Source: Hydrolagus colliei
Taxonomy: Eukaryota
Length of the DNA: 64,000 bases
Assembly: GCA_035084275.1 (NCBI GenBank)
Contig: CM068755.1
Coordinates: 11,656,001-11,720,000 of the forward strand
Direction: 5' to 3'
The notes beneath the pieces are model-generated. The model had not been told where the DNA came from. It did no database searches and worked only from the letters and a program-made list of their open reading frames with translations. The translations under genes were made by a program, and so were the position numbers. Within the stretch, counting starts at the first letter, position 1. The number at the start of each line of letters is the position of its first letter. This document shows positions 34,500-46,459 of the stretch, in pieces.

Positions 34500-35180
34500 C
34501 AACAGGTGAATTTTAATGGATCAATGGAAGGAAGTGAATTTTTAAAACATAAATAGTAAATAAAAACGGATTGCCATCAGCAGAGTTGGAGAAGCAAAAA
34601 GAGTTTGAGTGTGATTATCAATCACTCATTAAAGATTTCCAGTCAAGTTGATGGCATTTTACTAGACAAACATTATCTATTCTAATCTTGAATAGAGCAC
34701 AGGTGCGACTATGTCTATTTGTTGTACGTGATCAGCCTACTTTTAAAAAGTACATGGAGGGACAGGAGAAGATCCACTAAGCGTGATTTGGGGCATAGCA
34801 ATTCAACTGTTTATCAGAAGCCCACGTAAATCAAAGTATTACTCTCTGTGGAAAAACAAGGGGAGACCAAATACAGGTTTTTTTTTAATGAACTGAAGTT
34901 GATGTGGCTACTATTAACCTATGTGAAAGCAAAATCAAAGGGTTTAGGTTTATTTTTGAAAAGCCTCAAAAGTGAATGTCATAATCTATAACAGGGATTT
35001 GGCATCAAAGTTAGAGTCATATAACAGTGAAGTAGATTTTTGAAGCCAGATGAAGACATGTTGTGCTATAAAATAATTATTTGGGGGAAGAAATGTGGTG
35101 CTAACTAACTCCTTCAGAAAGTAAGTGACTAAGTATTTGATTGGGAATAGTGTTAGATGTATAGACTGAAATGAACTGTC
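34500..35180 (+). mobile_element. Highly degenerate CR1-like LINE 3' region
   Basis: Purine-rich decayed sequence ending tccttcagaaagtaagtgactaagtatttg, reminiscent of CR1 ORF2 ends. Confidence 0.35.
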
Positions 35181-37468
35181 GGACACAACAGTTTAGGTGT
35201 TGCTTACCCTGGTTGGGTGGGAATGTTGCCTATGTGGGAAAGGAGGTCAGATATCAATAGTGGACATTTTGGGCTTCCGGAATATTCTGGTGTTATTACT
35301 GATGACGTTTGGGAATCTAGAGTGTCTATGTTAAACGTTTCCCCAGCAAATAGAATGCATCAAGTCCATGATCGTTGGTGTTATCTAGGACATTGAAGGA
35401 ATGGACTTCATGGGCAGAACCTATTTTTATGTTATTTGTTTTCAATGCAAGCCATCTGTACATTATTTTTTCATTAACTTTTTTAGTTAGATTCATGAAG
35501 CACAAATTTGTGCTGCCACCTTTTCGCAAGTGCTGAAAGAAAGGAAACAGGACACTATACTAAAGTACACGGCACATTTTACTGAATAATGTTTCTCAGG
35601 AGTTCTGGCTGTCAGTATTGACTTATGGCTTCCTGAGAAGTGAATTAGTGCATCTGATTAAAGTTACATTAACAGAAACACAGCTTGATATTTTTACTGA
35701 AGCAGTTCTCTCCAAACTTAAATGAAGGGTATGAATTATTGAATTGATGTATTGACGTTTTTTCATGGACGGCTTAACTGGATATTCAATGGCTGGTAAA
35801 CAGAAAATAATATTAAAATGCAAAAAAACCCAGCAGTGCAAGTAACTCAAAACCATTCTATTGACCAACAACCTTTTATACCAATGGCAAAGTGCAAAGT
35901 ACAAGCTAAGAAACAAATTAATATGAAAATAAATGTCCTGTTCTGGTCTGCTGGCATGATATCACAATCTAATAGTAAAAAAAAATTAGCCATTAGCAGA
36001 CTGATTTTATGTTTCAGTGGTGTCAAGTTATGACACTAATTATAATACTTATGTTATCAGATATGGCCTAAATAAAATATACATTTGCACTATTAGGATA
36101 AAATGCTGAAGCCAATGGCACTGTTTCACCACAAGGCTAAGGTTAATTGACATCTCTGAAAATCTCTCCTGAACAATGGCAATACTGCACCATTCCACAT
36201 GACAAATAATGACCCTTTTCTGATACATGCAAACATCTTAAGGATAGCATCATTTTAACTATACACTTTTCAGAGACGCCTGATGGAACATACTCATATG
36301 TGGATATCAGGTGAAGACAGGATTGATTTCAACTGTGATGTCCCAAGTCTGAATAGTAGTTGAGGCTGATTTCAATACCCAGTTCAGAGGTCAATTGAAG
36401 ATCTCCAAAGGAGATCTATCAGTACATATGCCTTAAAAGTTAAAATTATTGATGGGTAATTAGTTCTAATTAATGCTCAAAACATGTCATAATAAAATTG
36501 AAATAAAACATTAGCTCCTTTACTACTCTGAGTGAGAATGACAGAATCATTTAAAAAAACGATGATAACCCAATTCACTATGACTTTTCCGAACGACATT
36601 TCCAAATTTGGAACTAAACAAGACACTTAGAAACAATAAATCTGTTTCTGAATCTGATAATGCACAAGCAGATTTGATTCATGTGCTCTGGTTTCAATTA
36701 GAGACAAATTAACTTTATACATTACAAATCTGCTTAAATATACAACCATAATTCCCACCCACAACAAAACACTCTTAAAATTGAATTTGCTTTGATCAAT
36801 CATAGCTCTATCATTTCCAAATGTACATTATAATATAGTTACTTGTGCTTTATGTTTATAATTAATACAGCTGGCAACTGTAACATGATTTCCTTATTAA
36901 GACTTTGAACTTATTAGAAAAATATTTGATTATTTAAGTGTGACTCATTACAGCTCTACTGCCAGCTATTTGAGAAATCCTGCTGAAGTGTGTTTGTTGT
37001 GCATGTTTTGTTGTCAGCTGACTTTCAGGCTGGCTGCTGATCTCTTCTGATATACAGTACATGACACACCAATGAGACACGGTCTTTAATCAGAATGATG
37101 AGGATTCAAGGGTACAGCATTGTCAGTGGGTTGAATTAAGTCAGCAGTTAGCAGCTGTGTGCACAAGTCAGATGGAATGAACAATTTTTAAAAAATCCAC
37201 AGGGGTTAAGGAATCACTGGTGGAAATGTTACGCTTTCAGATAAACTCAAAAAGTCATGCAGATGCTAGCATTTCCACAGCTGTAAAGCATTAAGTCACA
37301 TAAATGCAGTGTTACCTTGCCTTAATGATCTTTGTCACCACCGAATGTTCTGAAGTGCTTTGAGAGTTATCTGAAAATAAGTGTGCTACACTGTGAAGGA
37401 AAGGATAGGGACATGTACAAAAAGTAAACATTAGCTCGCCTCCCATCACTGTGCAAGCCTATAATTTG

Positions 37469-37518
37469 ATCAAAGTAACTTGTGAGTGTTAAGGGTTAAT
37501 CAAAGTAACTTGTGAGTG
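37469..37518. repeat. 20-bp direct repeat flanking a 10-bp spacer
   Basis: atcaaagtaacttgtgagtg-ttaagggtta-atcaaagtaacttgtgagtg. Confidence 0.92.
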
Positions 37519-37696
37519 AACTATTTGGTGTAAGCATTTTACTTTAAAATCCGAGCATTGTTTTGCCGAACAAACAGAAAAGTCTTCATTTATGTTAGAA
37601 TAATTGACAATGACTTGGTAAGATTCTGTATGTCGTTGCTTTCAATGTTTGTGATATGTTACACCTACATTATTTATTGTTAGATACTCATTTAAT

Positions 37697-37882
37697 ATAA
37701 TAATAAATTGGTCATTTCATTCCACAACTCTTTGTGGGACACCGCTCCGTCCAATTGACTGCTGGATTTTGCCCACAAATATACAGTCAATTCACTTTAC
37801 TGTATATTCTGTGAAACACTTTGAGATGTCTAGAAGATGTGAAAAGCGCTATATCAAATGCACAGATTATTATTATTATTAT
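37697..37882 (+). mobile_element. 5'-truncated tRNA/Deu SINE
   Basis: aataaattggtcatttc, Deu core and canonical tail. Confidence 0.9.
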
Positions 37883-38619
37883 CTTAATACAAACACCTAC
37901 ATTATTTCTTGCAAGATAATCATTTAATATATGCCTAAAATGAAGGTGAATTCTTTACAATGTTTAATTCATTATCGGTACATTCAAAGATTATTAAGCC
38001 TAGATATAATATAGTATGAGTAGGGAAGCATCATGTGGCTGCTCACTGTGATGTTGGTAAATGCATAAGGGGTTTATCAGGAGTCTACACGCAGACCCTC
38101 GGAAAATTGATAATGCAGTACTGGCAAGTGAACTTAAATTCAGTTAGAACTGTCTACCGATAAGGGTGTCGATTCACCAACAGGGTTAAAACATAAAAGG
38201 CCACTGATGGTGTTGGACAGTCGGTTGCTGAATGGAGATGCTTTATTATGGAAGAGCAGTTAGGACAGTTACTGGGTGGTTGATGACAGCAGGTGGTTGC
38301 TGAATAGACGTGGTTGTTTTAATGAGTTTAAGTGAAGTAAACTGACAGCAAGAAAATAGTGATGCCATTCAATCTATCCATCTGGCCAGGGCAATATTAT
38401 GATCTTTACATCTGATAATACCAAGTCAGGAGGATGTCTGACAGCACTTAACAGTGTAAATCAACAGTATGTATTTTGTAGGCAAAAAATGTATTTAGGC
38501 TCAAATTTCAAAGTTCAGTTCTGCCACTGGCCCAAACAGTTCTTTACTTTTAAAATAAATTATTTTATTTCATATATTTTCTAATGGCTCTTATTTTCCT
38601 TATTTATTTTCTATAATAT

Positions 38620-38790
38620 TATAATAATCCTTGCATTTGATATAGTTCCCAATCATGTCTTCGAGACATCTCAAAGTATTTCACAGGGTATACAGTAAAA
38701 TGAATTGCCTGTATATTTTGTGGGCAAAATGCTTATACCAATTTGCGCATAGCAATGTCCCACAAATAACCATGGAGTGAATGAATAATT
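38620..38790 (-). mobile_element. 5'-truncated tRNA/Deu SINE
   Basis: Reverse tail and Deu core ccaatttgcgcatagcaatgtcccacaaa. Confidence 0.88.
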
Positions 38791-39071
38791 TTATCTGGGG
38801 GGGGATTGTTTGCCAGGACCCTGGAAAAAAAAATCACTTCTCTTTCTGAATTGTGCTTTAACCTCCAGCAGTTTCATGTCTCATTCAACTATGTACTGAC
38901 TGCATTAATAGAGGGATATTCTGGACCTGAGAAGGAGCCCGCTTCACCTCCCCACTGCCCTATCGCCTGCCCCGACCATTGGCAGGTGAGCCTTCAGCCA
39001 TTCTGTCCAAACCCTCTGCACCTCCATCCCGCCGTCCCTCCGCCTCACCCCATCCCTCGCTTCCTTTTTGT

Positions 39072-39385
39072 TCAATGGGACACTGCTGTGTGCAATTGAC
39101 TGCCGCGTTTTGCCCACAAACATACAATCAATCTATTTTTTTAAAGAGAGAACTAGATAGGTATCTGGGGAAGACGGGTTGGCAGGGTTATGGGGAGAAA
39201 GCTGGTGATCGGGGTTAACAAAAGTGACTTGCTCGGTCGAAGAGCCGGCACAGACTCGATGGGCCGAATGGCCTCTTTCTGTGCCGTAACATTCTATGAT
39301 TCTACTTTACACTATGTTGTATGAAGCACTTTGAGACGTCGAGAAGACGTGAAAAGCTCTGCATCAAATGCAAAGATTATTCTTG
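39072..39385 (+). mobile_element. 5'-truncated tRNA/Deu SINE split by a CR1 end
   Basis: Deu core to 39135, resuming at 39305 with tttacac..gaagcactttgagacg..aatgcaaagattatt. Confidence 0.85.
39138..39304 (+). mobile_element. CR1 LINE 3' end
   Basis: FKRELDRYL-like ORF2 end (translates FLKRELDRYL), gatgggccgaatggcct 3' UTR motif and attctatgattcta (ATTCTRTG) tail. Confidence 0.88.
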
Positions 39386-40803
39386 TTCTTATTCTCCTTC
39401 AGGACCCACCTCAACGGCCTCCTCTTTGACCGAGCTTTCAACCCTCTTCACTCCCTGCCCTCCCAAATCCCTACCCCCCAGCTCGAGTCCGGAATACAGT
39501 CCGACCAGCGCCTTGCGAGGTCCTTCCCAACGTGAAAGGCGCGATACGAATGTAATTTTCTTGTTCTTGTTGCAGTTAACAAATATTGTTTGCAGGTTGA
39601 CCATCTGGGATTGATTTCTCCTGTGACATCAGAGGGATACATCCACTGACATCACAAAAATAGCAATCTACTCAACTCATTCATTCTCAACGTCTTTGCT
39701 GGAGTTTCATTACCGGATGGTGAATCAGATCGGCTTCCAGGTACAATTGTATCTGATTAAACGTCTGAATTTCCAGCCTTAAAACTCAGGGGGCAAGTCG
39801 GCGTTGCATTGTGTGGGACTGTTCCAAGCTGGTGGACGTGGTGTGGAACTTAAGCATCGTTTTAACGGGAAGCCAGATGCTGTCTCTTTCAGGGGGGGTG
39901 GGTTTGGGGGGGTGTGTTGTGGCTAGTACAGTTGTGAGAAGTGTTCACCACTGTTCAAATCCAGAAAACCTTAACAGGAGGGAGAGAAACTCCATCAGAT
40001 TCGTTACACAGATTGATTTTTAAAAATGTATTAAAAAAAAGGTGGTGTGTGTGTGTGTGTGGGGGGGGGGGGTCGTTTTTTTTCTTATTACTGTGACTCT
40101 ACGGGCTGGTAAATGAATTCACTCGACAGTGGCAGTACTGTACTGTATAACTGATCTGACCCCTGGCTTTTCTTTAAGTGAGTTGGTTTCAATTGAACAA
40201 AAAAACTTTTTTAAACAAGTGCCAATTTCCCGTCCAGATTTGTTCAGGAAAGTTCCCATCTCTCTCTCTCACTTTGAAGAGTACACGTGGGGGGGTTTGT
40301 AAATTGACCTGATGTATTAAAAATATATATATATATATACAGTAGATATATACATATATTTAAACGCCCTTAAACGGTGCGTTTTGTGTGTTGTTTTTAA
40401 AATAGCTTTTTGAGTGAGGGACAGGAGAGGTGGGTGTAAAATGCGTAAGTTGAATGCGTTTCAATGCGAATTATGACAAGCATCGAGTGGTGAGGGAGGA
40501 GGGGGATGGGTGGGGGGGGGGGGGGGGTGACTACAGGTGACAAGTTGTCACACCTCAGTAACGTTAACACTACTGCCTGCCCTGCCATCCCCAGGGACCA
40601 CAGCAAACTGCTCTCACAACTGATTACAAGTCTCTCTCTCTCTCTGTGTCTGTATGTGTTTAAAACTCACTCACTTGCACCTCGGAGCCCAGTGTGTGTT
40701 GTGTGTGTGTTGAGAGAGAGAGAGAGAGAGTTTTGCTCTGTATACCCCCTTTCCAGTGTTTTAAACTCGTTCTTTTTTAAAGTTGATTTGAAGTCGATTC
40801 CCT

Positions 40804-40817
40804 CGGAAGATGGCGGC
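40804..40817 (+). promoter_or_regulatory. ETS (CGGAAG) / YY1 (AAGATGGCGGC) composite overlapping the start codon
   Basis: cggaagatggcggc, a well-known motif at vertebrate housekeeping start codons. Confidence 0.75.
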
Positions 40818-40818
40818 G
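40810..40818 (+). CDS. First coding exon of an unidentified gene (Met-Ala-Ala), followed by a long first intron
   Basis: Strong Kozak context aagATGg, then GCG|gtaagt consensus donor in phase 0, inside the promoter island. No convincing exon 2 up to 64000. Confidence 0.7.
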
Positions 40819-41247
40819 GTAAGTTGCATTAAAGTTACAACTGATTCATTAGAATATAAAGAGAAATATATATATATATGTGTGTGTGTGTGTATATTAA
40901 CCCCCCCCCCCCCCCCCCCACAAACAAAAGAGGTGTGGAGTTTGGGGGAGGAGGGGGTGAGTTTCAATCCAGGAGTTTCTGCTTCTCGCTGGTGGTGATT
41001 GTGGTATTGTAAATAGTTTTTGTTTCTTGCCATTTATTTTGTGTGTGAGGTGTGTGCGCGTGTGAGAGAGAAAGGAGGTTAAGAAGAGAGATTTGTTTTT
41101 TTGCGCTTGTCTGTGTTCTTACGTGGCTGCTGAGTTTGGTGGGAAAGTTTGTTTGGAGGGGGTGGTGTGGGAGGAGTGAGGCTGAGATGTGCTTGATTCC
41201 CCCCCCACCCCTGTTGCCAGCTGTTTTACATGGTGACCTGGCTCGAC

Positions 41248-41322
41248 ACTCACTAACTAACTTGCTAACTAACTAGCTAATTAACCAACCAGCTAGCTAG
41301 CCGACTGACTGACTGACTGACT
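41248..41322. repeat. Compound tetranucleotide microsatellite (ctaa/ctag/ccaa/ctga)
   Basis: actcactaactaacttgctaactaactagctaattaaccaaccagctagctagccgactgactgactgactgactc. Confidence 0.85.
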
Positions 41323-42356
41323 CGATAATAATGATAGAAACTGCTTCACAACCTTTGTTAAATATCAGTTTCAACCCATCGACTTCCATTCCCACCCAGT
41401 CCCTCCCAGGCTCCTGTATCTCCCACTCTGATTGATGCGCGTTGTGGATACTCGGGTTGAAGCTGCCCTGGCTTTATCTGACTGTATTTAAGTTACCACC
41501 GATTATGTGATGTAACAAATGAGGGCGATTTTAAAAAAAAAAACACCTCATTTTAGGAGAGTGACAAGCTTTTGAAATGTGTGCGTGTGTGTATATATAT
41601 ATGTACAATCTTTATATAACTTTTTAAACCCCCTCCCCCCCTCTCCATTTAGCGGATATGTGTAAATAGGAACAATACTTGGCATTATTCGTGTGCGTTG
41701 AAAGCTTTTTCTAATCTAATTTGAGTTTCAAATGAAGGTGGAAATGACACGTTTCATTGCGGGGTTTCTCTTTGCCTCGTCCCGGTTGACAGATCGTTTG
41801 TTTCAAGCAAGTTCGGTTCATCACTAACACTGAACCTTGGTTTAGAAGTACTGTACTGTTATTGTTGTGCGAAGGCTTCCAAAGTCTACTCACAAAGTAC
41901 AACAGGAAACTCCGAGGGATTGCGTTGAGGATACACGACTTCGTTGGAGGAGTGAGTTAGTTAGAGGACAAAACACTGGTGGAATAACCTTTAATTCTAC
42001 TGGATTTCTGTGGTTCTGTAACCACTGTACTGTACCACAAAAGGAAACAACAGGTAATATGAAGTACAGCACAGGTAACTTATTGTGTGATAATAGGTCG
42101 ATTTTGGAGGCACATGTTGACTGTTGTGCATGAGTTAGAACTTGTCAAGGAGGATGTTGAGAAACACCAGACTTTTGGTTGACTCATCGTTAACCATGTT
42201 CAAACAGTGTGAGCAGCAACAAACAAGGCAAACTGAATGGTGGGTGTATTACTAATTTAGTCTAACCTCCCCCAAAGTCGTGCTCATGCTAGTGTGGTCT
42301 GCCAAGAGAACTCGGCTAAGGGTTTGGTGACTGCAACATAATGCAGTTGGCTGGGT

Positions 42357-42710
42357 CACAAAACAACAACAAAATGACATTTATCGAGAGAGCGCCTTTC
42401 ACACCGGGAGGACGTCCCAAGGCGCTGAACGGTCAGGGGTCGGGACCCGATCATGGGAGAGGGAGAAGGTGGTGGGGGATGGGGGGCGGGTGAGGTGGGA
42501 AGGCGGCAGAAGGCATGATCAAAAATGAGGGTCTTGAGAATGGTCTTGAAGGAGGCAAGGGAGGAAGCGAGGGGAAGGGACTGTGGGATAGAGTTCGAGA
42601 GCATGGGGGCAGAGAGGCCTGAAAGCCCGGCAGATTTGGGCGGGAGATATGGAGCAGACTAGTGCCCGCTGTACGGAGGGGTGGGCAGGTTGGTAAGGCA
42701 ATAGGGCCAA
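42357..42710 (-). mobile_element. L2 LINE 3' fragment
   Basis: Minus translation NSIPQSLPLASSLASFKTILKTLIFDHAF. Tail aacaacaacaaaatgacatttatcgagagagcgcctttcac. Confidence 0.9.
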
Positions 42711-42774
42711 TATTACATATATTGTAGCAACAAACTTGATTATGGGAACTTAGATGAACAGCTAGAGATAAAAT

Positions 42775-42830
42775 AATGATATTAATAATCCTTGCATTTT
42801 GATATAGTGCTTTTCACGCCTTCTAGATGT
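42775..42830 (-). mobile_element. Short SINE tail
   Basis: taataatccttgcattttgatatagtgcttttcacgccttctagatgt. Confidence 0.8.
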
Positions 42831-45167
42831 TATGCTCATTCTGTCTATAGAGATATAAAACGCTATATCTGATTAGAGGAGGTGAACATGGAAGACTTAT
42901 TTCAGATGTGTTAAGGTAGGGTCAAATATGTGGAACATTGTAAGATGAACACCAGGATTCTTTTTACACCTATCACAATCAACAGATAGAATATATTATA
43001 GCAACAGCAAGAAACTGTCAACACTGTAATAGCAAGATGGTAGGGCTGATATTCTGGAATGATAAATGAATTAAATGAATTGAAGAGCTAAACTCCTACT
43101 CCTAAACTCTCTCGTGATCTCTATTGAATGCTGATGTGCTCTCTCTCCCCTATAGGCTGCTTTGAACCTTTCCAGGCCACCAGCAGTGCAAACATATTCA
43201 CTTCATATTGGTGCATTGACTCCTCTCCACAGATGCATACAGTACACCTATAACATCCATCAGTTTTTCGCAGTTCACGTTCTACATTCTTGAGACAGAA
43301 GCAAAAACAGCTGTTGGGTCTTCAAATAGAGAATGGTCTCCATTGCAGGGTGTCATATACTGATGTAAATGTGGCTTAATCTGGAGAAAAGATAATGTAT
43401 AGGCACCGTATCAGGTTTATTAAGTTTGGATGAAAGATTTCTTTGTTTTTTTTCATGTCAAATGGCTATGTGGTGATAGCTACTGATAACTCGTCCCCCT
43501 TCACCAAGCTCTTTAGATAGAGAGCCAAATGGGACTCTTGCAGCTGTACATAGGACATGTTCCACACTGGCCTCTTACATAGAGTCTGGGGCTAATTATA
43601 TTTGAAACCATTTCAAGAACTCTAGACATTTGTATGATGTACCACACAAGGAATATCATGTTTAAGGAAAGGAAGCTCAACTGGACCATTCAATAAGCTG
43701 TTTCTTTGGCAGATTCTAACTGTTAAATTTCCAAGACCTTGAGTTATATGTGACCAGAGATTAATCCTGTGTTTTTACTCATTTAGCTTCTGCAGAAGAG
43801 TGAAACAGCTGATTTATATGTTCCAATTTAGTTTACGGTTGCATCAGGGACGTTAGCTACCTGACAATAAATTGTGGATCCAGAATTTGGCAACTTTTTG
43901 ACTTCAGTGTTATCTTTGAAATCAGAAAAACGACTTCAGCAGCAAGACTGCATCTAAGAATTCGCTAAATTCTGGATGATCCGAAATGTTAATTTCAAAC
44001 AAATCTAGACCCAGGTTGAACACTTTCCCCTACTTGTGGAGTACCCCAGTATGCTTTATGTTGCTGTCTCAATTACTGTCTGACTCAAACGGTAGATGAC
44101 GGTTACTTCCTCTAGTCACTCACTGTTCAACATAAAGTTCCAAAGTAGAATCCTCACCAATGTATCCATCCTCATCCAAATTGTGAAATTCTATGGAATA
44201 CAAGATATTTAAAGCTATAAAAAGTCTAGATTATTCAGTAATACATAGTTTTCCATTACTTAGCAATGGGTCCACAGAAATAATTCAGAAAGTGAATTTC
44301 ATCATTTATGCATGAAACTTCTGAGTTCCAATTGCATTTCCCATTGGATAGGTGCATCTGTAAGCGTTAACAGTTCTGAAACATAGCTGTTAAAATGTTT
44401 TCTTTCAAATGCCGAAGAAATGCTAAGCAGAAATGTTACGCTTTTATTTTTCAAAGGTCAGCTTTAGGATCCCCTGGCTCTTATAATTGCACTGCTTGAC
44501 CTTTCCTCTTTGCTCCGAGTTCTGGATCTATGATTGACAGGAAGTTCAGGGCAAAACTTTGGATGTCAGTGGTGCGAGCAAGCAAACTGTGAATTCCTGA
44601 AATGGACCTCACTTCAAAAACTTGAAACCGTGTATTGTGGTTAGAGTTCCTCTGCTATTTCTCATAATTAACACAATCTTAAATGACTTGGTGCAATAGT
44701 AATCCTATATACGTTTTCTTGGTTTTAAAGTTTAGGAGTTACCTTTGTTTCTTTGAAATATCAAGAAATGTGTTTAAATATGTGACCTTCTACAATTTAC
44801 AAAGCTTGACTTGATCCATTTTTTACACAGTAGCTGTGACATTTACGCTCCATTATATTTATTTTGTTTTCCTGGAAGTAGGAAGCTTCTTTCAGTTGTC
44901 TCTGGTAGGAAAGCTACTTCAAAGCAAATGTATGAACATAACATATATGCACTGTATGTAATGTATGTAATACAATCAAACTTAAGAACAGCTATTTATT
45001 GTTACCACTTATAATGCTCTATGTCAGGAAAACACTCATTCCTATTCAACTTTAGGAGATATCTAGTTCACAAATTATGTTTTCTTGTCTTTGATGTTTC
45101 TTGTAGCATAGTCAACCCAGTTCAGCAAACTATCTCTGGATCATTTTTAATAATGTGTACGAAAACA

Positions 45168-45255
45168 GAATAATAAATAATCCTTGCATTTGATATAGAA
45201 TCTTATCACATCATCAAGACACCTCACAGTTCTTCACAGAATATACTGTAAAGTG
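45168..45255 (-). mobile_element. SINE 3' tail
   Basis: taatccttgcatttgatataga..ttatcacatc..cttcacagaatatactgtaaagtg. Confidence 0.82.
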
Positions 45256-46459
45256 TTTTCAAATTTAAAGTGGTATTGTAAAGATTGTGTATTTTTGGTC
45301 ATATGGAGCAGCGAATCCACCCACAATAAATGTACAGTTACAGTGTACAGTTATGTAAATTTTGCAGATGCAATTCATCTCTGAAAGGCATTCCATTGCT
45401 CCTAAAAGACAGAATTTTGAAAGGCAGACTGATGGTACTTATTATTTGCGAAGCTTAGCTTATTATTGCGAAGTGTTGCTTTCTCTGGATTGTTTTGTCA
45501 ATAATGCTTTGTGATTTTGTATGCTTTGTGTTGAAAATGATGTTTTATTCTAAAAATACTCTACAGTTCTGTTGGAATTTTGACCATGGATTTGTCCTTT
45601 TAAAGCAACAATAACTCCCTTTGTTAGTAAATATCTGGGGACTGTGTTTTGGGTGTTTGTCCACTAAACTTTGGCTGGTGACCCGGGGCCCATTATTTTA
45701 TTTATTGTGAATGATACTCATCTTTCTCGCATAAACTTCATTTTATTGTTCCTAAATCCCGTTGCTCTTGTTTTTGTTGACTTTCAGTCAGTGCTCATGA
45801 TCAGAAATCTTAAATAATTTTCTACAGTAATTTCTTAGAAGCAGTTATTTCAAAGTGCAATGCATGAAGGAACAGGCAATGCATTAGGATTTTGTTTCCC
45901 CCTAAAGCAAATGGTATATTTCTAGAATTTCAGTCATTGTCTAACTATGAAGTGTGAGCTGATTTCATAATACAATTCACTTTGTAATCAGCACAAAATG
46001 TGACTTGTTGTGGAAATTATATTCCTAAAGATCAATTTTGTTTTCTTTGGCCAAACATGTTGGAAGAAGGCGTCTTTCTAAAGTCTGATTGTTTTTATCA
46101 GTGGTAGAGAAGCATAGAGTTAATAACATGGGAATTCAGGGAAGACATCTGGAGGAAGCTGTGGGTGTTACTGTGCGGCTCGCAGCTTCGTACCAGTCTC
46201 TGCAAGGTAGCTGTCGTGTTCCTGATTTATCATTACCACACGTCATGGGCTGGCAAAATAGTGACTGTTTAACACATAAAATACCACAGTCTGTTCTTTC
46301 TTATTCAGCACCCGATGATGCGATTATCCACGAAATTTAAAACATCAACCAAGGCGACAGAAAACTGTATTGTGCAAGTCCTTCATCAATAAGCGTATCC
46401 TCAGGGAATGTCAGGAATAACCATGTTCATTTTGGATTCCCTCACATCTATCATTTACA

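Larger units (their letters stand above)
38920..39572 (+). mobile_element. L2 3' fragment split by a SINE (38920-39065 and 39393-39572)
   Basis: ccctcgcttcct | ctccttcaggacccacctcaa rejoin as contiguous L2. Tail cgtgaaaggcgcgatacgaatgtaattttcttgttcttgttg. Confidence 0.82.
39700..41950. promoter_or_regulatory. CpG-enriched, microsatellite-rich promoter region, probably bidirectional
   Basis: CpG visibly retained relative to the flanks and no SINEs. Contains (GT)n, (TA)n, (CT)n, (AG)n, poly-G/poly-C, CACGTG near 40284, an ETS-YY1 composite at 40804-40817, and opposing splice donors at 40674 (-) and 40819 (+). Confidence 0.75.
42170..43150 (+). mobile_element. Degenerate CR1-like relic interrupted by L2 and a SINE tail
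   Basis: acagtgtgagcagcaacaaacaaggcaaactgaatggtgggtgtatt and ggtgaacatggaagacttatttcag..accaggattctttttacac resemble the CR1 ORF2 C-terminus. Confidence 0.45.
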
